Positions 1 through 9,129 of a stretch of 46,888 bases of DNA are shown one piece after another (position 1 is the stretch's first letter; each line of letters opens with the position of its first letter). The translations under genes and the position numbers were made by a program. Below the pieces are notes generated by a model that searched no databases, was not told where the DNA came from, and was given only the letters and a program-made list of their open reading frames with translations. Origin of the DNA: a virus (Duplodnaviria > Caudoviricetes). The DNA is taken from the IMG/VR virus record IMGVR_UViG_3300005663_003087, positions 1 through 46,888 of that record; one strand, written 5' to 3'.

Positions 1-990
1 TCAACAGAGCTTTGGCGCGTACTTGATGGCATCGGCTAAATGGTCGGCTGACAGGTGTGCATAACGCATCGTCATGGCAATGGTTCTGTGACCGAGAATA
101 TTCTGTAGGGTTAGCACGTCGCCACCGTTCATCATGAAGTGACTGGCGAAGGTGTGACGGAGAACGTGAGTTCTCTGCCCCCTGGGAAGCTGTATTCCTG
201 CCTCGATAACCGCAGCGGAGAACGCTTTATACGCGTTGGTGCGGAATACCCTTCCGATCCTTGGCCCGTGATGGGTGATGGCTTTAAAAAGGTCTTCGCT
301 AAGCGGTATGGTGCGATTGCGACCGTTTTTAGTGCCGGTGAAAGTGACACGGCCATTCCTTAGCATTTCTGCTCGTAGGGTTTGGGCTTCGCTCCAGCGG
401 GCTCCCGTGGCTAGGCAGAGGCGTGTGATAAGCGCAACGTCTGGGTTGTTGGATTTTTCGAGTACATTAAATAGTTGACGTAAATCTTCGTCGGTTAGGT
501 AGGCGAGCTCTTTTTCATCCAGGCGCAATGGCTGCATTTTTGCGAAGGGGTTGGCTTTTTCCCATTCACCTAGCCTGATGAGTTGGTTAAACACAGCGCG
601 TAGGTGGGCATGGTCATGATTGGCCGTGTTGGGTGTGATACCCGATTCAAGGCGTTTCTGACGCAGTTCTGAGGCGTCAACGGGGGTGATCGTGGCGGCT
701 GTTGGGTTGCCCATAAGATCAGCGAGATTATTTAGCTGTGAGTAACGACGATTACCGTCTTTTAGCGACTGACCATGGTAGTCAAACCACAACTTAATCA
801 GGTCTTTTAAGGTTCGACGATCCCTTTTAGGACTGGCGTAGCTTTCACCACTGGCAGCCTTAGCCAGTATTTTGCCTTCAAAGCGCTTTGCTTCCGCCTG
901 GGTACGGAATGTTTTACGGACACGCTTTCCGTATCGGCCCTCTGGCATTAAATCCACCTTCCAGCCGGTTTTGGCTTTCTTAATGCTCAT
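1..990 (-). CDS. int: Tyrosine recombinase/integrase, P2/Pf4 type
   Basis: LATGARWSE, HVLRHTFASHF and LGH...TMRYAH catalytic motifs. Likely start MSIKKAK at 990, with a TAATG overlap on the rep stop. Confidence 0.95.
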   Translation of the reverse strand: MSIKKAKTGWKVDLMPEGRYGKRVRKTFRTQAEAKRFEGKILAKAASGESYASPKRDRRTLKDLIKLWFDYHGQSLKDGNRRYSQLNNLADLMGNPTAATITPVDASELRQKRLESGITPNTANHDHAHLRAVFNQLIRLGEWEKANPFAKMQPLRLDEKELAYLTDEDLRQLFNVLEKSNNPDVALITRLCLATGARWSEAQTLRAEMLRNGRVTFTGTKNGRNRTIPLSEDLFKAITHHGPRIGRVFRTNAYKAFSAAVIEAGIQLPRGQRTHVLRHTFASHFMMNGGDVLTLQNILGHRTIAMTMRYAHLSADHLADAIKYAPKLC

Positions 991-2282
991 TACGCTGCTT
1001 TCCCTACCAATCTTCGTTCTATCAATTTCTGTTCTACGATCTGTCGGAATTGGCCGGTGTTGACGCCTCGTCGTCGGTAGTACTGCTCCAGGTCTTCCCA
1101 CATACCGGAGCGCTTGAGATAGGTAATAGCCTGGTCGGTACGGATACCCTGGCGGGCGTAGATGCTAATCAGGTTGCCAAACGCCAGGGTTACGTTCTTT
1201 TCGTTGCCGAGCCCAGGCGCTTTCCGCGCTCGCTTGTACATAAAGCCGGGTTCGTGACAGTAGAAACGGGCGTCATCCTGCATCACTTGCCATGCGGGAT
1301 CGATTAGGTTGCGGCGGGCGTCCAGGCGGTAGGATTGCATGGCGGTACGCCAGAGGCCGGTAAGGTGCGGCACCACGTCCACGAAGCGGCTGAAGCCATG
1401 GTTGTGATCAAGCACTTCACCGGTATCAACGTTGCAGGGGATGCCTTGTGCGTACTCACGGAGTACGGACTGGTGGAAACGCAGCTCGATACGCCAGACG
1501 GTTTCTTCAGGGTTATAGGTGCTGTTGAGGTCGTCATCGACAGCGTTTTGCCAGATACCTTCCCAGAAGTGCATTTTGTCGCGGTGCTTGGCTTCCAGGG
1601 TCTTGTTGTAGATACAGCATTGCAGCGCCCCTGCCGTACCAAACATATAGGTTTCACCGCGTCCGTAAGTAGTAGCGATGTTGCCGTGGGCAAATTCCAG
1701 GGTGTCGACGCCATCGATCCGCATGATTTTCTTGGAGCGGGTTACAAAGCGTTCCATGAAGTTTTTAGGCGGCTCCCAGCCTTGTACATCCAGGGCTAGA
1801 TGGATAGCTGCGCCCACTGGCTCCACTTGGGTCAGCATAGAGGCGGCGATCATATCCATGAACTTTTGGCACTGCTGAGGGGAGCGCTCCTGGATGAAGT
1901 GGGGGCTTAGCTCGATCTTTAGATGGCTACCGGTATTCTCGGTCTTCACGTGCCGTGCCTGGAAGAAGACGATAGCGCCTAGCTCATTGTTTTGGAGGCG
2001 GTAGCGGAAGCCTGAACCGGCTGCGCCGGCACCTACAGACCACTCCTGATCAAAGATACGCATGGTGGCACCTTTGCCTTCGTTGTAGACGTTGATGATC
2101 TTATCGAATTGGGGAAGCTGCGGTTTGCCTTGGTAGAGCTGGCGTACCGTATCCACGCCCGCGTTCAAAATGCGCAGATTGTGCATTTCTCGCTGACCTA
2201 GCGAGCTGATGAGCAGTTTTCCGTATTGATCCTGTTCGCCTCGCTGGAGCGACGCAAGAGAGTACCGTTCCCAACGTTCCAT
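990..2282 (-). CDS. Rolling-circle replication initiator, Pf4 PA0727-like
   Basis: 430 aa with GVDTVRQLY, HLALDVQGW, CIYNKTLEA and VWRIELRFH motifs; position next to the integrase. Confidence 0.85.
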   Translation of the reverse strand: MERWERYSLASLQRGEQDQYGKLLISSLGQREMHNLRILNAGVDTVRQLYQGKPQLPQFDKIINVYNEGKGATMRIFDQEWSVGAGAAGSGFRYRLQNNELGAIVFFQARHVKTENTGSHLKIELSPHFIQERSPQQCQKFMDMIAASMLTQVEPVGAAIHLALDVQGWEPPKNFMERFVTRSKKIMRIDGVDTLEFAHGNIATTYGRGETYMFGTAGALQCCIYNKTLEAKHRDKMHFWEGIWQNAVDDDLNSTYNPEETVWRIELRFHQSVLREYAQGIPCNVDTGEVLDHNHGFSRFVDVVPHLTGLWRTAMQSYRLDARRNLIDPAWQVMQDDARFYCHEPGFMYKRARKAPGLGNEKNVTLAFGNLISIYARQGIRTDQAITYLKRSGMWEDLEQYYRRRGVNTGQFRQIVEQKLIERRLVGKAA

Positions 2283-2288
2283 AGCCTA

Positions 2289-2385
2289 TAACCCTGTAAT
2301 TTTGAAAATGTTGAAATGTGCTGTAGTGAGCCATTAGCTCGATTGGGTTAATTACTCTGCGAGACGTGTTACAGGGAGGGTCTCG
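2289..2385. promoter_or_regulatory. Candidate rolling-circle origin
   Basis: Hairpin CGAGAC(2360-65)/GTCTCG(2380-85) enclosing GTGTTACAGGG, plus an inverted copy CCCTGTAA at 2291, directly upstream of rep. Confidence 0.5.
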
Positions 2386-3782
2386 ACCTCTTGCCGCCAG
2401 CTTGTTGCGATCAGCCCGGCTACCGTTTGGTTAGCATGGGAAGCTGTCGCGAGCTGGCTAGGGTCAAAGCGAGGAAGCACCGTCGCCTGCAACAGTACGT
2501 GCAGATTGGTACGTTGGCGGGAGTTGGATTCGTTCTGGAATAGACGACCGGCAACGGGGACGCTGGAAAGGCCTGGAACGCCGGAGACCTGTGAACGGTC
2601 ATCCTGTGACGAGAGGCCACCTAACAGCAGTGTTTGGCCGGAACGTATCTGAACGGTGGTATTGATTTGCCGTTGATTCGTAATGATATCAGAGGCTAGC
2701 ACAGAATCGGTGAGCGAGTCAGCCGATGTAGTGATATCCATGATCACTAGACCGGAAGCGGTGACCACTGGCAGCACGTTTAAGCGTATGCCTACGTCGC
2801 GGCGCTCAATCGTTTGAAAGGGGCTGTTAACGTCGGCTGATTCGCCGGTCACACGACCAGTGACGAACGGCACATTCTGACCAATGGAGATAGTGCCCCG
2901 CTTACCGGAGAGGGTGAGAATTTGCGGTGTGGATAACACGTTAGAGCGTGAGTCGCGCTGTAAGGCGTTGATGGCAAACGCGAGTATATCGCCGTCGAAG
3001 ATCCCGAAGGTGCCACCGGAGGATGCTAGCGAGGTGCCGAGATTGGCGGTGTTAAAACCACCCGCGACACGGCTACCGGTAGCGCGGCCAAGCGAAACGC
3101 CCAGATCGAAGGTATCCCCGTCAGCGGTTTCAAAAATGACCGCCTGAATAAGCAATTGAGGGTGGGCGACGTCGACTTGGGGGATGAATCCTTGCAGCTG
3201 CTCAAGCTGTTTTTCTGGGCCCTTGGCTAAGATGGCATTCGAGGCATGGAGTACCTGCACACGCGGGATGGTGGTGCCTTCCTGGGCGTTCTGGGTCAGG
3301 AAGCTGGTCACCAGTGGGGCAATGTCGTCAGCACGAACGTTGTCGAACGAAAACAGGTGTGTTGCCTGGGGTTCTGGTGGTGGTGTGAGGGTGGGCACGT
3401 TAGCGAACACGTTAGCGGGATCGTGTGCGCCTGGTGCAGAAAAAACACCTGGTGTTTGTTGGTGAGTGTTGGGCGTCGCTGGCCGTTGATCAGCAGGGGC
3501 AACAGTCGGTGGGTTGCCCGGCAGGATCGTGTAGCCGTGGGAACTCAGCACCCCTTGAAAGAATTCATCTAACTGGTGATCCGGTACGTTAGGGGCGTAA
3601 ACCGTGAGCGTTCCCGTGGCCGTGGGGTGGATGGCTAACGGGGTATCGGTTTGCTCAACGTACCAGCGCACAAAGTCCCGAATGTCGGTGTCTTGCATCT
3701 GTATGGGTGTGGCTTGGGCGCTGGTGGCGATGCAAGCGGCCAGGGCGAAAGCAGCAGACGTTTTAGCAGCGAATTTCAGCAT
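2352..3782 (-). CDS. Phage-encoded secretin pIV (GspD family)
   Basis: Signal peptide; GQNVPFVTGRVTGESADVNSPFQTIERRDVG closely resembles Ff pIV. Start MLKFAAK at 3782 has a GGAG SD. Confidence 0.92.
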   Translation of the reverse strand: MLKFAAKTSAAFALAACIATSAQATPIQMQDTDIRDFVRWYVEQTDTPLAIHPTATGTLTVYAPNVPDHQLDEFFQGVLSSHGYTILPGNPPTVAPADQRPATPNTHQQTPGVFSAPGAHDPANVFANVPTLTPPPEPQATHLFSFDNVRADDIAPLVTSFLTQNAQEGTTIPRVQVLHASNAILAKGPEKQLEQLQGFIPQVDVAHPQLLIQAVIFETADGDTFDLGVSLGRATGSRVAGGFNTANLGTSLASSGGTFGIFDGDILAFAINALQRDSRSNVLSTPQILTLSGKRGTISIGQNVPFVTGRVTGESADVNSPFQTIERRDVGIRLNVLPVVTASGLVIMDITTSADSLTDSVLASDIITNQRQINTTVQIRSGQTLLLGGLSSQDDRSQVSGVPGLSSVPVAGRLFQNESNSRQRTNLHVLLQATVLPRFDPSQLATASHANQTVAGLIATSWRQEVETLPVTRLAE

Positions 3783-4110
3783 GGGTAACTCCATTTTCTA
3801 TGCGGACAAGACAGGCGTTCACGGGGACGATGGCAAAGCCTTGGCGGGCAAGGTCGTCGGTGGTGAAGGACTGGCGGTCGCTATCAATGAGGCGGTAAGT
3901 GGTGTGGTCGCCAAACTGGCTAAAGCTGGCGATGCGGGCAGTACTCAGGTCGGGCAGTTCTAACGGTGCTACGGGGGTGTCGTCTGGCGATCGGGCGTTA
4001 ACGCGATCGGCCACCAAGACCGACAGGGTGATAAAGCAGCCCAGCGCAAACGAGGCCAGGGAGAGAAACGGACGGTTAAAGCGTTTCCAGTAGATACGGG
4101 TCATTTTCAT
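3763..4110 (-). CDS. Internal in-frame pXI-like product of gene I
   Basis: MKMTRIYWKRF matches the Ff pXI start context; GAGGT SD lies just upstream of the ATG at 4110. Confidence 0.6.
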   Translation of the reverse strand: MKMTRIYWKRFNRPFLSLASFALGCFITLSVLVADRVNARSPDDTPVAPLELPDLSTARIASFSQFGDHTTYRLIDSDRQSFTTDDLARQGFAIVPVNACLVRIENGVTHAEIRC

Positions 4111-4824
4111 GTAGAACCTCGCGTTGTGAGGCACACGATGCCTGCCGTGGGTCAGCCATGGCGGCAGCACGGAATAAGTGCCGTGGGGGTAGTGGTCAGA
4201 GAAGGCTTGTTTGGTGTCGTAAGCGGGGTAGAGGGCGCGGCCGGTGTACGTCCAGCGCTCGACGGTGAGGCTTTGCGGGGAATCGCCATATTTGACGATG
4301 CCTAGATGCACTTTAGGCATGGGCATTTTGGAGCCGACAAACATCGAGTAGAGCGCGCCAATGAAAGGGACGGAAACACGGTCCAGGCGACGGCAATACA
4401 CCACATGCTCAGCCAGGGCGACGCGGGCTTGCTTGTCCATGATCGACAAGTCTTGAATCAGAAAAATGATATCCCAGCCCAATTTCCGAGCATGGAGAAA
4501 CCAGTTGATAACGTCTTGGCGGCTTTTATCGTTCCAGGATCGGGCGTTAAACCAGGTGCCACATTCATCCAGCACCAGTAAGCCGTTTTTGTTTTCGTCG
4601 TAGTCGTCGGTACCGGTACCGATAGATTCCAGGTCAGCCAGGACGGGTTTATCAGGAATGCGGTAGCAGCGGGTCAGCTTGGCGTGTTCACCAATCAGCT
4701 TATCCAGGTTCAAGTCCAGGTTGGTAGCGACTTTACAGCCCTGGTTGAGCTTGTCCTTGATCTTACCCACCGCGACGAGGGTTTTACCGGCGCCGAGTTT
4801 GCCGGTGACGACGTAAACGGCCAT
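3763..4824 (-). CDS. zot: Assembly ATPase pI (Zot-like)
   Basis: MAVYVVTGKLGAGKT Walker A, LLVLDECGTWFN Walker B, C-terminal TM segment; very similar to M13 pI. Confidence 0.95.
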   Translation of the reverse strand: MAVYVVTGKLGAGKTLVAVGKIKDKLNQGCKVATNLDLNLDKLIGEHAKLTRCYRIPDKPVLADLESIGTGTDDYDENKNGLLVLDECGTWFNARSWNDKSRQDVINWFLHARKLGWDIIFLIQDLSIMDKQARVALAEHVVYCRRLDRVSVPFIGALYSMFVGSKMPMPKVHLGIVKYGDSPQSLTVERWTYTGRALYPAYDTKQAFSDHYPHGTYSVLPPWLTHGRHRVPHNARFYMKMTRIYWKRFNRPFLSLASFALGCFITLSVLVADRVNARSPDDTPVAPLELPDLSTARIASFSQFGDHTTYRLIDSDRQSFTTDDLARQGFAIVPVNACLVRIENGVTHAEIRC

Positions 4825-5174
4825 TAGAGAACGGGCCTCCCTTGCTCCCAGTCGATCAACTGTTTTTTCTGCTGGAAGACCCACATAGCGACCTTGCTGC
4901 TGTAGATAGCGGCAACACAGGCTTCTAGGTTGTCAGGTTTAACGGCACCCATACCGTTAGCGAGGTCGGAAGGGAGAGAGGCGTTGATCCCGTTAATGAT
5001 CAGCGCAAAGGTGGAGGCGAGCGCGACCAGCAACGTGATATAGAGCGTGGTCCATACCAACATGCCCGCTAAACGGCTGGTAAAGCGGGAGGCAATGCGG
5101 GTAACAAACCATTCAACAATGCGCGTGATAAAGCTGATAAGTGCGCCCATGCCGAGCAAAGCAGGAAGTGCCAT
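4824..5174 (-). CDS. Minor coat protein pVI-like
   Basis: 116 aa, hydrophobic, between pIII and pI. Confidence 0.8.
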   Translation of the reverse strand: MALPALLGMGALISFITRIVEWFVTRIASRFTSRLAGMLVWTTLYITLLVALASTFALIINGINASLPSDLANGMGAVKPDNLEACVAAIYSSKVAMWVFQQKKQLIDWEQGRPVL

Positions 5175-6899
5175 CTATGCCGTCCTCTGTTCAGAGCGAA
5201 AGAAGGTGTCGACGATGCTGACGACCGTCCAAAAATAGATAATCCAGGTCAGCCAGAGCTTGATGGTGTTGAACGCCTGACAGGAGATTTCCATAGGGCC
5301 GAACTGGAGAGGGACGCAGCCACCGGAAGGCAGCGAGGGAAGGCGAGAGGTGACCTGATCGGCAATGCCCGAAGTAGCACCATCGCCGATATCGTCCATT
5401 AGGCTGCCCACATCATCGGCGTGCTGTTCTTCTTGCGCGGCGATCCCGTCAAGGGTGTCGTCGAGGTCTGAGGAATTAAACAGGTCGTTACCGTCTCCGA
5501 GATCTTCGGTAAAGCGAGAGGCGAGCTTGTCGATAAGGCTATCTAGAAAGCCATCAATACCAGCGCCTTCATCTTCTCCGTCACCCTCCCCGTCTCCATC
5601 GCCGTCACCACCACCCGATGAACCTCCACCGCCACCACCGCCAGAGAAACGGACGGTCACGTTTTTGAGGCCATCAACAATGGCTTTTTGCATCCCTTCC
5701 AGGGTGCTATTGAGGCTGCGTGTTTGGTTATCGAGGGTGTTCTGAACAGATTGCGTTTGAGCGGTAATGGCTGTGGTGACTCTACCGGTCTGGCGGTCGC
5801 CCTGGGTGACGAGCTCAGACGTTTGAGAGTTGATGGTGTTGTTAAGGGATTCGGTTTGGGCAGAAGTTGCCGCGTTTAGGTCGTTGGTCTGGTTGCGGAT
5901 GGCTCCCGTCACATCGTTGGAGAGGGCATTAATGGAGTTGCGGTTTGATTGGCCAGACGAACGAATAGCCTCAATGATGCCGGAGTCATCAAATTCAAAA
6001 TCGGGCACCGTTGAGCCACCGCCCGAACCGCCACCACCAGGATTATCGCCGTTGCCGTTACCAGAATCACCGCCACCAGTATCACCACCACCGCCGCCAG
6101 AGGGATTACGACGAACAACACCATTAGAATCAACATAAGAGAAGTAGTCAGGCGCCGTACTCCAATCAACGACATAGGACGTTTCGCCAATAGTTAAACA
6201 ATTTGAAGCATCGGAACAACCGCCAGGAAGAGGCGTTAAATAGCTGGGGATATTAGGCGTTTCATCAGGTACGGAAGGGGAGGAAGGCTGTAGAGAGCCA
6301 TCAATACCAACGCCCGGAGTTGAAAATTCACCCGTAGAGGTAGACTCGACATTAATAGTACATTCGAGCGTTTCACCCGAACCAGTACAAGCAGAAACCC
6401 CGCCGGTAGAACTAACAGTACAAGCACCACCATTAGCTCTTACCGAACCACCAGACGATAAATAGTTATAAACACTAGGGTCAGAAGTGGTAAAGGTTCC
6501 ATTATTATTTGTTGCACACTGTTCATCAGTTAACTGGGAACCATAATAGCCCTCTGGAATATCAGAAAATCTTTCAAAAAAAGACATAGCCACATAAACA
6601 CAAGTAAGACCAACAGAACTACAAGTGCTACTGCTATTAGGGCGATATTTTGAAGGAGAAGTTAATTCATAGGAATAAAAGCCAGAGTTAGGCGGCGGAT
6701 TAAGACCCAACCAGATATTAGCCGCTCTAACAGCTTCAGCTGAACATTCAGACACTGGTATAACATTATGAGGTTGAGAGGCATCAGGTCTACAATAGCC
6801 TTGACGTACATAGCCTACAAAAGTTTGAGCCTCAGTAAAATCAGCAAACACCATTAAAAAAGGCGCTGTTAATAAGGGTAAAACGGCTTTTTTAATCAT
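5175..6899 (-). CDS. Adsorption protein pIII-like
   Basis: Signal peptide (start MIKKAVL at 6899), Cys-rich N-domain, Gly-rich linkers, C-terminal TM anchor. Confidence 0.85.
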   Translation of the reverse strand: MIKKAVLPLLTAPFLMVFADFTEAQTFVGYVRQGYCRPDASQPHNVIPVSECSAEAVRAANIWLGLNPPPNSGFYSYELTSPSKYRPNSSSTCSSVGLTCVYVAMSFFERFSDIPEGYYGSQLTDEQCATNNNGTFTTSDPSVYNYLSSGGSVRANGGACTVSSTGGVSACTGSGETLECTINVESTSTGEFSTPGVGIDGSLQPSSPSVPDETPNIPSYLTPLPGGCSDASNCLTIGETSYVVDWSTAPDYFSYVDSNGVVRRNPSGGGGGDTGGGDSGNGNGDNPGGGGSGGGSTVPDFEFDDSGIIEAIRSSGQSNRNSINALSNDVTGAIRNQTNDLNAATSAQTESLNNTINSQTSELVTQGDRQTGRVTTAITAQTQSVQNTLDNQTRSLNSTLEGMQKAIVDGLKNVTVRFSGGGGGGGSSGGGDGDGDGEGDGEDEGAGIDGFLDSLIDKLASRFTEDLGDGNDLFNSSDLDDTLDGIAAQEEQHADDVGSLMDDIGDGATSGIADQVTSRLPSLPSGGCVPLQFGPMEISCQAFNTIKLWLTWIIYFWTVVSIVDTFFRSEQRTA

Positions 6900-6915
6900 G
6901 TTCCCCTCGCGATAT

Positions 6916-6938
6916 AAAAAGGGGCATTTCTGCCCCTT
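6916..6938 (-). terminator. Intrinsic terminator after the major coat gene
   Basis: AAGGGGCA-GAAA-TGCCCCTT followed by a T-run on the minus strand. Confidence 0.8.
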
Positions 6939-6960
6939 GGTTGTCCCTTGCTTAGCGGTA

Positions 6961-7209
6961 TTAAGAGGCGCGGTTAGCAAACTTCTTAAACAACTTGATA
7001 CCGATAAGCGCGGCGGTGATCGAAGCAACGACCGGCCATGCATAACCGGCCATTTCAGCACCCGAGGCGGAGACTTCAGAGAAGGCCGCTTCTGCGCTTG
7101 CATGAGCGCTACCTACGGCTGCCATGGCAAGCGTGGCACCGGTAACGGCTTGGACTTTGGTGGACTGAACAGCGTTTTTTGCGTTTTGGAAGAGTGCTTT
7201 CATGGTCAT
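6961..7209 (-). CDS. Major coat protein pVIII
   Basis: Leader ending AHA, acidic N-terminus, TM helix, basic tail IKLFKKFANRAS. Confidence 0.93.
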   Translation of the reverse strand: MTMKALFQNAKNAVQSTKVQAVTGATLAMAAVGSAHASAEAAFSEVSASGAEMAGYAWPVVASITAALIGIKLFKKFANRAS

Positions 7210-7322
7210 GTGACTGACTCCATAAACTTCTTAGTGATAACGACGATGTGTCCGAAGGCCCAACCGAGGGCATAGGACGTGAAAAGAGAACCAACAACAA
7301 ACGTTAGGCTTGGATCGTTCAT
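7206..7322 (-). CDS. Small minor coat protein (pIX-like), 38 aa
   Basis: MNDPSLTFVVGSLFTSYALGWAFGH...; single TM; start/stop overlaps with both neighbours. Confidence 0.7.
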   Translation of the reverse strand: MNDPSLTFVVGSLFTSYALGWAFGHIVVITKKFMESVT

Positions 7323-7417
7323 CGTTGGCCCCCACTTACCGCGCCGATCCCGAAGGCGAGAACGAGACCGACGCAATAAACCAGGAGCCACAGACCGGAA
7401 AGCTCAGAAGTGTCCAT
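7319..7417 (-). CDS. Small minor coat protein (pVII-like), 32 aa, absent from the ORF track
   Basis: Manual translation MDTSELSGLWLLVYCVGLVLAFGIGAVSGGQR; hydrophobic; canonical position after pV. Confidence 0.75.
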   Translation of the reverse strand: MDTSELSGLWLLVYCVGLVLAFGIGAVSGGQR

Positions 7418-7428
7418 GGCTCAAAATC

Positions 7429-7764
7429 CTATTTTTTGTCGCTGGTGGTAGCCGGTTGTTGCTGGCTACCGGTGGCGTTGGGTCGGCGGGCGGCAAGTAC
7501 GTGAAGTACGGTTTTGCCACCGGCAGCCGCGGAGGAGGTGCGCAGTTCGATATCTAGCTCCATGGCACAGGGCATGTGCGGGGCAGCGGCGTGTAGCTGG
7601 TCGAAAATGTCATAAGGCGCTGTCATGACGCTGACCTGATTGCCAATAGCGTTTTCGTTCTCGGCTGAGGCGGCTTGCATAATGGAAATTTTGGCGCCTT
7701 GGACGCCGTTATCCATCTTGTAGCGAGAGGCACCGATAACGTGGGCTTGAATGGTGTTGATCAT
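7429..7764 (-). CDS. ssDNA-binding protein pV-like
   Basis: 111 aa, beta-rich, strong SD, canonical position. Confidence 0.7.
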   Translation of the reverse strand: MINTIQAHVIGASRYKMDNGVQGAKISIMQAASAENENAIGNQVSVMTAPYDIFDQLHAAAPHMPCAMELDIELRTSSAAAGGKTVLHVLAARRPNATGSQQQPATTSDKK

Positions 7765-7782
7765 GGTGGTGGTTCCTTTTCG

Positions 7783-8031
7783 TTAGCGTTGGGTTCTGGC
7801 GGCTTGGGTTAGGCAGTAGTCCGCGAGAATGGCTAGCTCAGTGGTTTCAGGTGTAATGCCGCTTTGTACTAGTGCCAGGTATTCAGCCTGGGCGTAGTAG
7901 GTGGCGGCGCGTGCATAGTCCAGCCCGTGGAGGCACCGCTGGCCCCGCTCCCTCAGAGCTCGGGAATCGAGGCAGGGGGGTGCCCCAACCCGCCCTCCGT
8001 GGCCCTTCGGTCTTTCTGCACGGCAGCCCAC
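7783..8031 (-). CDS. Hypothetical protein (start uncertain)
   Basis: C-terminal part of ORF 7783-8238 looks protein-like; possible GTG start at 8031. Confidence 0.35.
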   Translation of the reverse strand: MGCRAERPKGHGGRVGAPPCLDSRALRERGQRCLHGLDYARAATYYAQAEYLALVQSGITPETTELAILADYCLTQAARTQR

Positions 8032-8140
8032 CCCGGCACGGCTGTCAACCGCTCGTGCCTCGGGTATGACAGCCGCACCGGGGCGGGCTAAGTACGCCGT
8101 GCGACCGAAGGGCGACGGATGACGGGCAGGGGGCACAGGA

Positions 8141-8809
8141 TCAGGCCTCGTTGCCGTGGGGAGCGGGGGAGGCGGCACGGGCAAGGGCTTCCAGCGGTGC
8201 TTTTTCGCCGCGTTCCAGTTGGGCAAGGCCGTACTCAATCAGCCGTTCTGATAGGGCTGAGGAGGTCAGGCCGTTGGTGCCCGCCTGAATGAGGTGGCGG
8301 CTGTGTGTTTCAGGGTCGAGAAACACGCGGATGGGCTGTTTTTTACTCATGTGGATAACTCCAAAAGGGCTAAAGGCCGTTGTGGATAACGGACGGCGCG
8401 TTAGTCGTGGGGGTGTGGATAGATACGCCGGTACCACAATCACCGATGAACTAGGGGAGGCGTCGGTAGATGCAGGGGCGCGGTCGATGGCCTGGGCAAG
8501 GCCGTAGTGCTTGGCGAGGTAGGCCAGGGCGTGGTGGTAATGCTTGAAAACGATGCCGTATCGCTCGCCGTGGTCGGTGTCGGACAGGCGGATAATGGTG
8601 CTGTCATCCAGGTCTAGGGCGAGCATGTGCGCGACGGGTACATCGATGAAGAAGAAGCCGCCAGCGGTAACGATGTGATGATGCAGTACCACGCCACCTG
8701 GGATGCTTTCACCATCGAGTAAGAGTTTTTGAGTAGCGATGGTGAGGTCATCGGTTTCAAGCAGCGTGCAGGGCGTCGCCAGCGTGGCGATAGGAGCAAA
8801 GGCGGTCAT
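8141..8809 (-). CDS. Hypothetical protein with a probable internal start at 8350 (69-aa RHH-like product)
   Basis: MTAFAP start overlaps the xis stop; internal MSKKQPIRVFLDPETH has a GGAG SD. Confidence 0.5.
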   Translation of the reverse strand: MTAFAPIATLATPCTLLETDDLTIATQKLLLDGESIPGGVVLHHHIVTAGGFFFIDVPVAHMLALDLDDSTIIRLSDTDHGERYGIVFKHYHHALAYLAKHYGLAQAIDRAPASTDASPSSSVIVVPAYLSTPPRLTRRPLSTTAFSPFGVIHMSKKQPIRVFLDPETHSRHLIQAGTNGLTSSALSERLIEYGLAQLERGEKAPLEALARAASPAPHGNEA

Positions 8810-9018
8810 TAGTGCCAGTCCTCCGATTGAAGGCACTCAGCGGTAAAGAGCGCGACATTAACGAGACGACGACGACCCACCTTGATAATGGGGAGGTTCC
8901 CTTGGTTCATCTGACCGCGAACGGTGTCGGCAGTAAGGCCAGTGAGTTCAGAGAAGCGCTCTATCGTCATTACAGGCACCTGAGGTGCGGGGACGTGGGG
9001 CGTGTTGCTCGTTTCCAT
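8809..9018 (-). CDS. Excisionase / Cox-XisF-like DNA-binding protein
   Basis: MTIERFSELTGLTADTVRGQMNQGNLPIIKVGRRRLVN winged-helix pattern; divergent from the repressor. Confidence 0.8.
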   Translation of the reverse strand: METSNTPHVPAPQVPVMTIERFSELTGLTADTVRGQMNQGNLPIIKVGRRRLVNVALFTAECLQSEDWH

Positions 9019-9076
9019 GCTGTACCTGCTCGCTGTGGCATGTTGTGGTATCTTCAAATCAGTAGCTGTTTAGCTT

Positions 9077-9114
9077 GTATCTAGATTTGAATACAGTATC
9101 TATATCCGAATATA
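9077..9114. promoter_or_regulatory. Putative repressor operator (tandem 19-bp repeat)
   Basis: GTATCTAGATTTGAATACA / GTATCTATATCCGAATATA (15/19 identical) between the divergent xis and repressor genes. Confidence 0.55.
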
Positions 9115-9129
9115 GGCAGAAATAAATAT

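Noticed and set aside
5570-6100. GGC/GGT-rich simple repeats
   Set aside because: They encode the ordinary Gly-rich linkers of pIII
6900-7103. Long N-terminal extension of pIII given by the ORF track (also the extended starts of int and zot)
   Set aside because: Overlaps the coat gene and its terminator; downstream ATGs with an SD or translational coupling fit better
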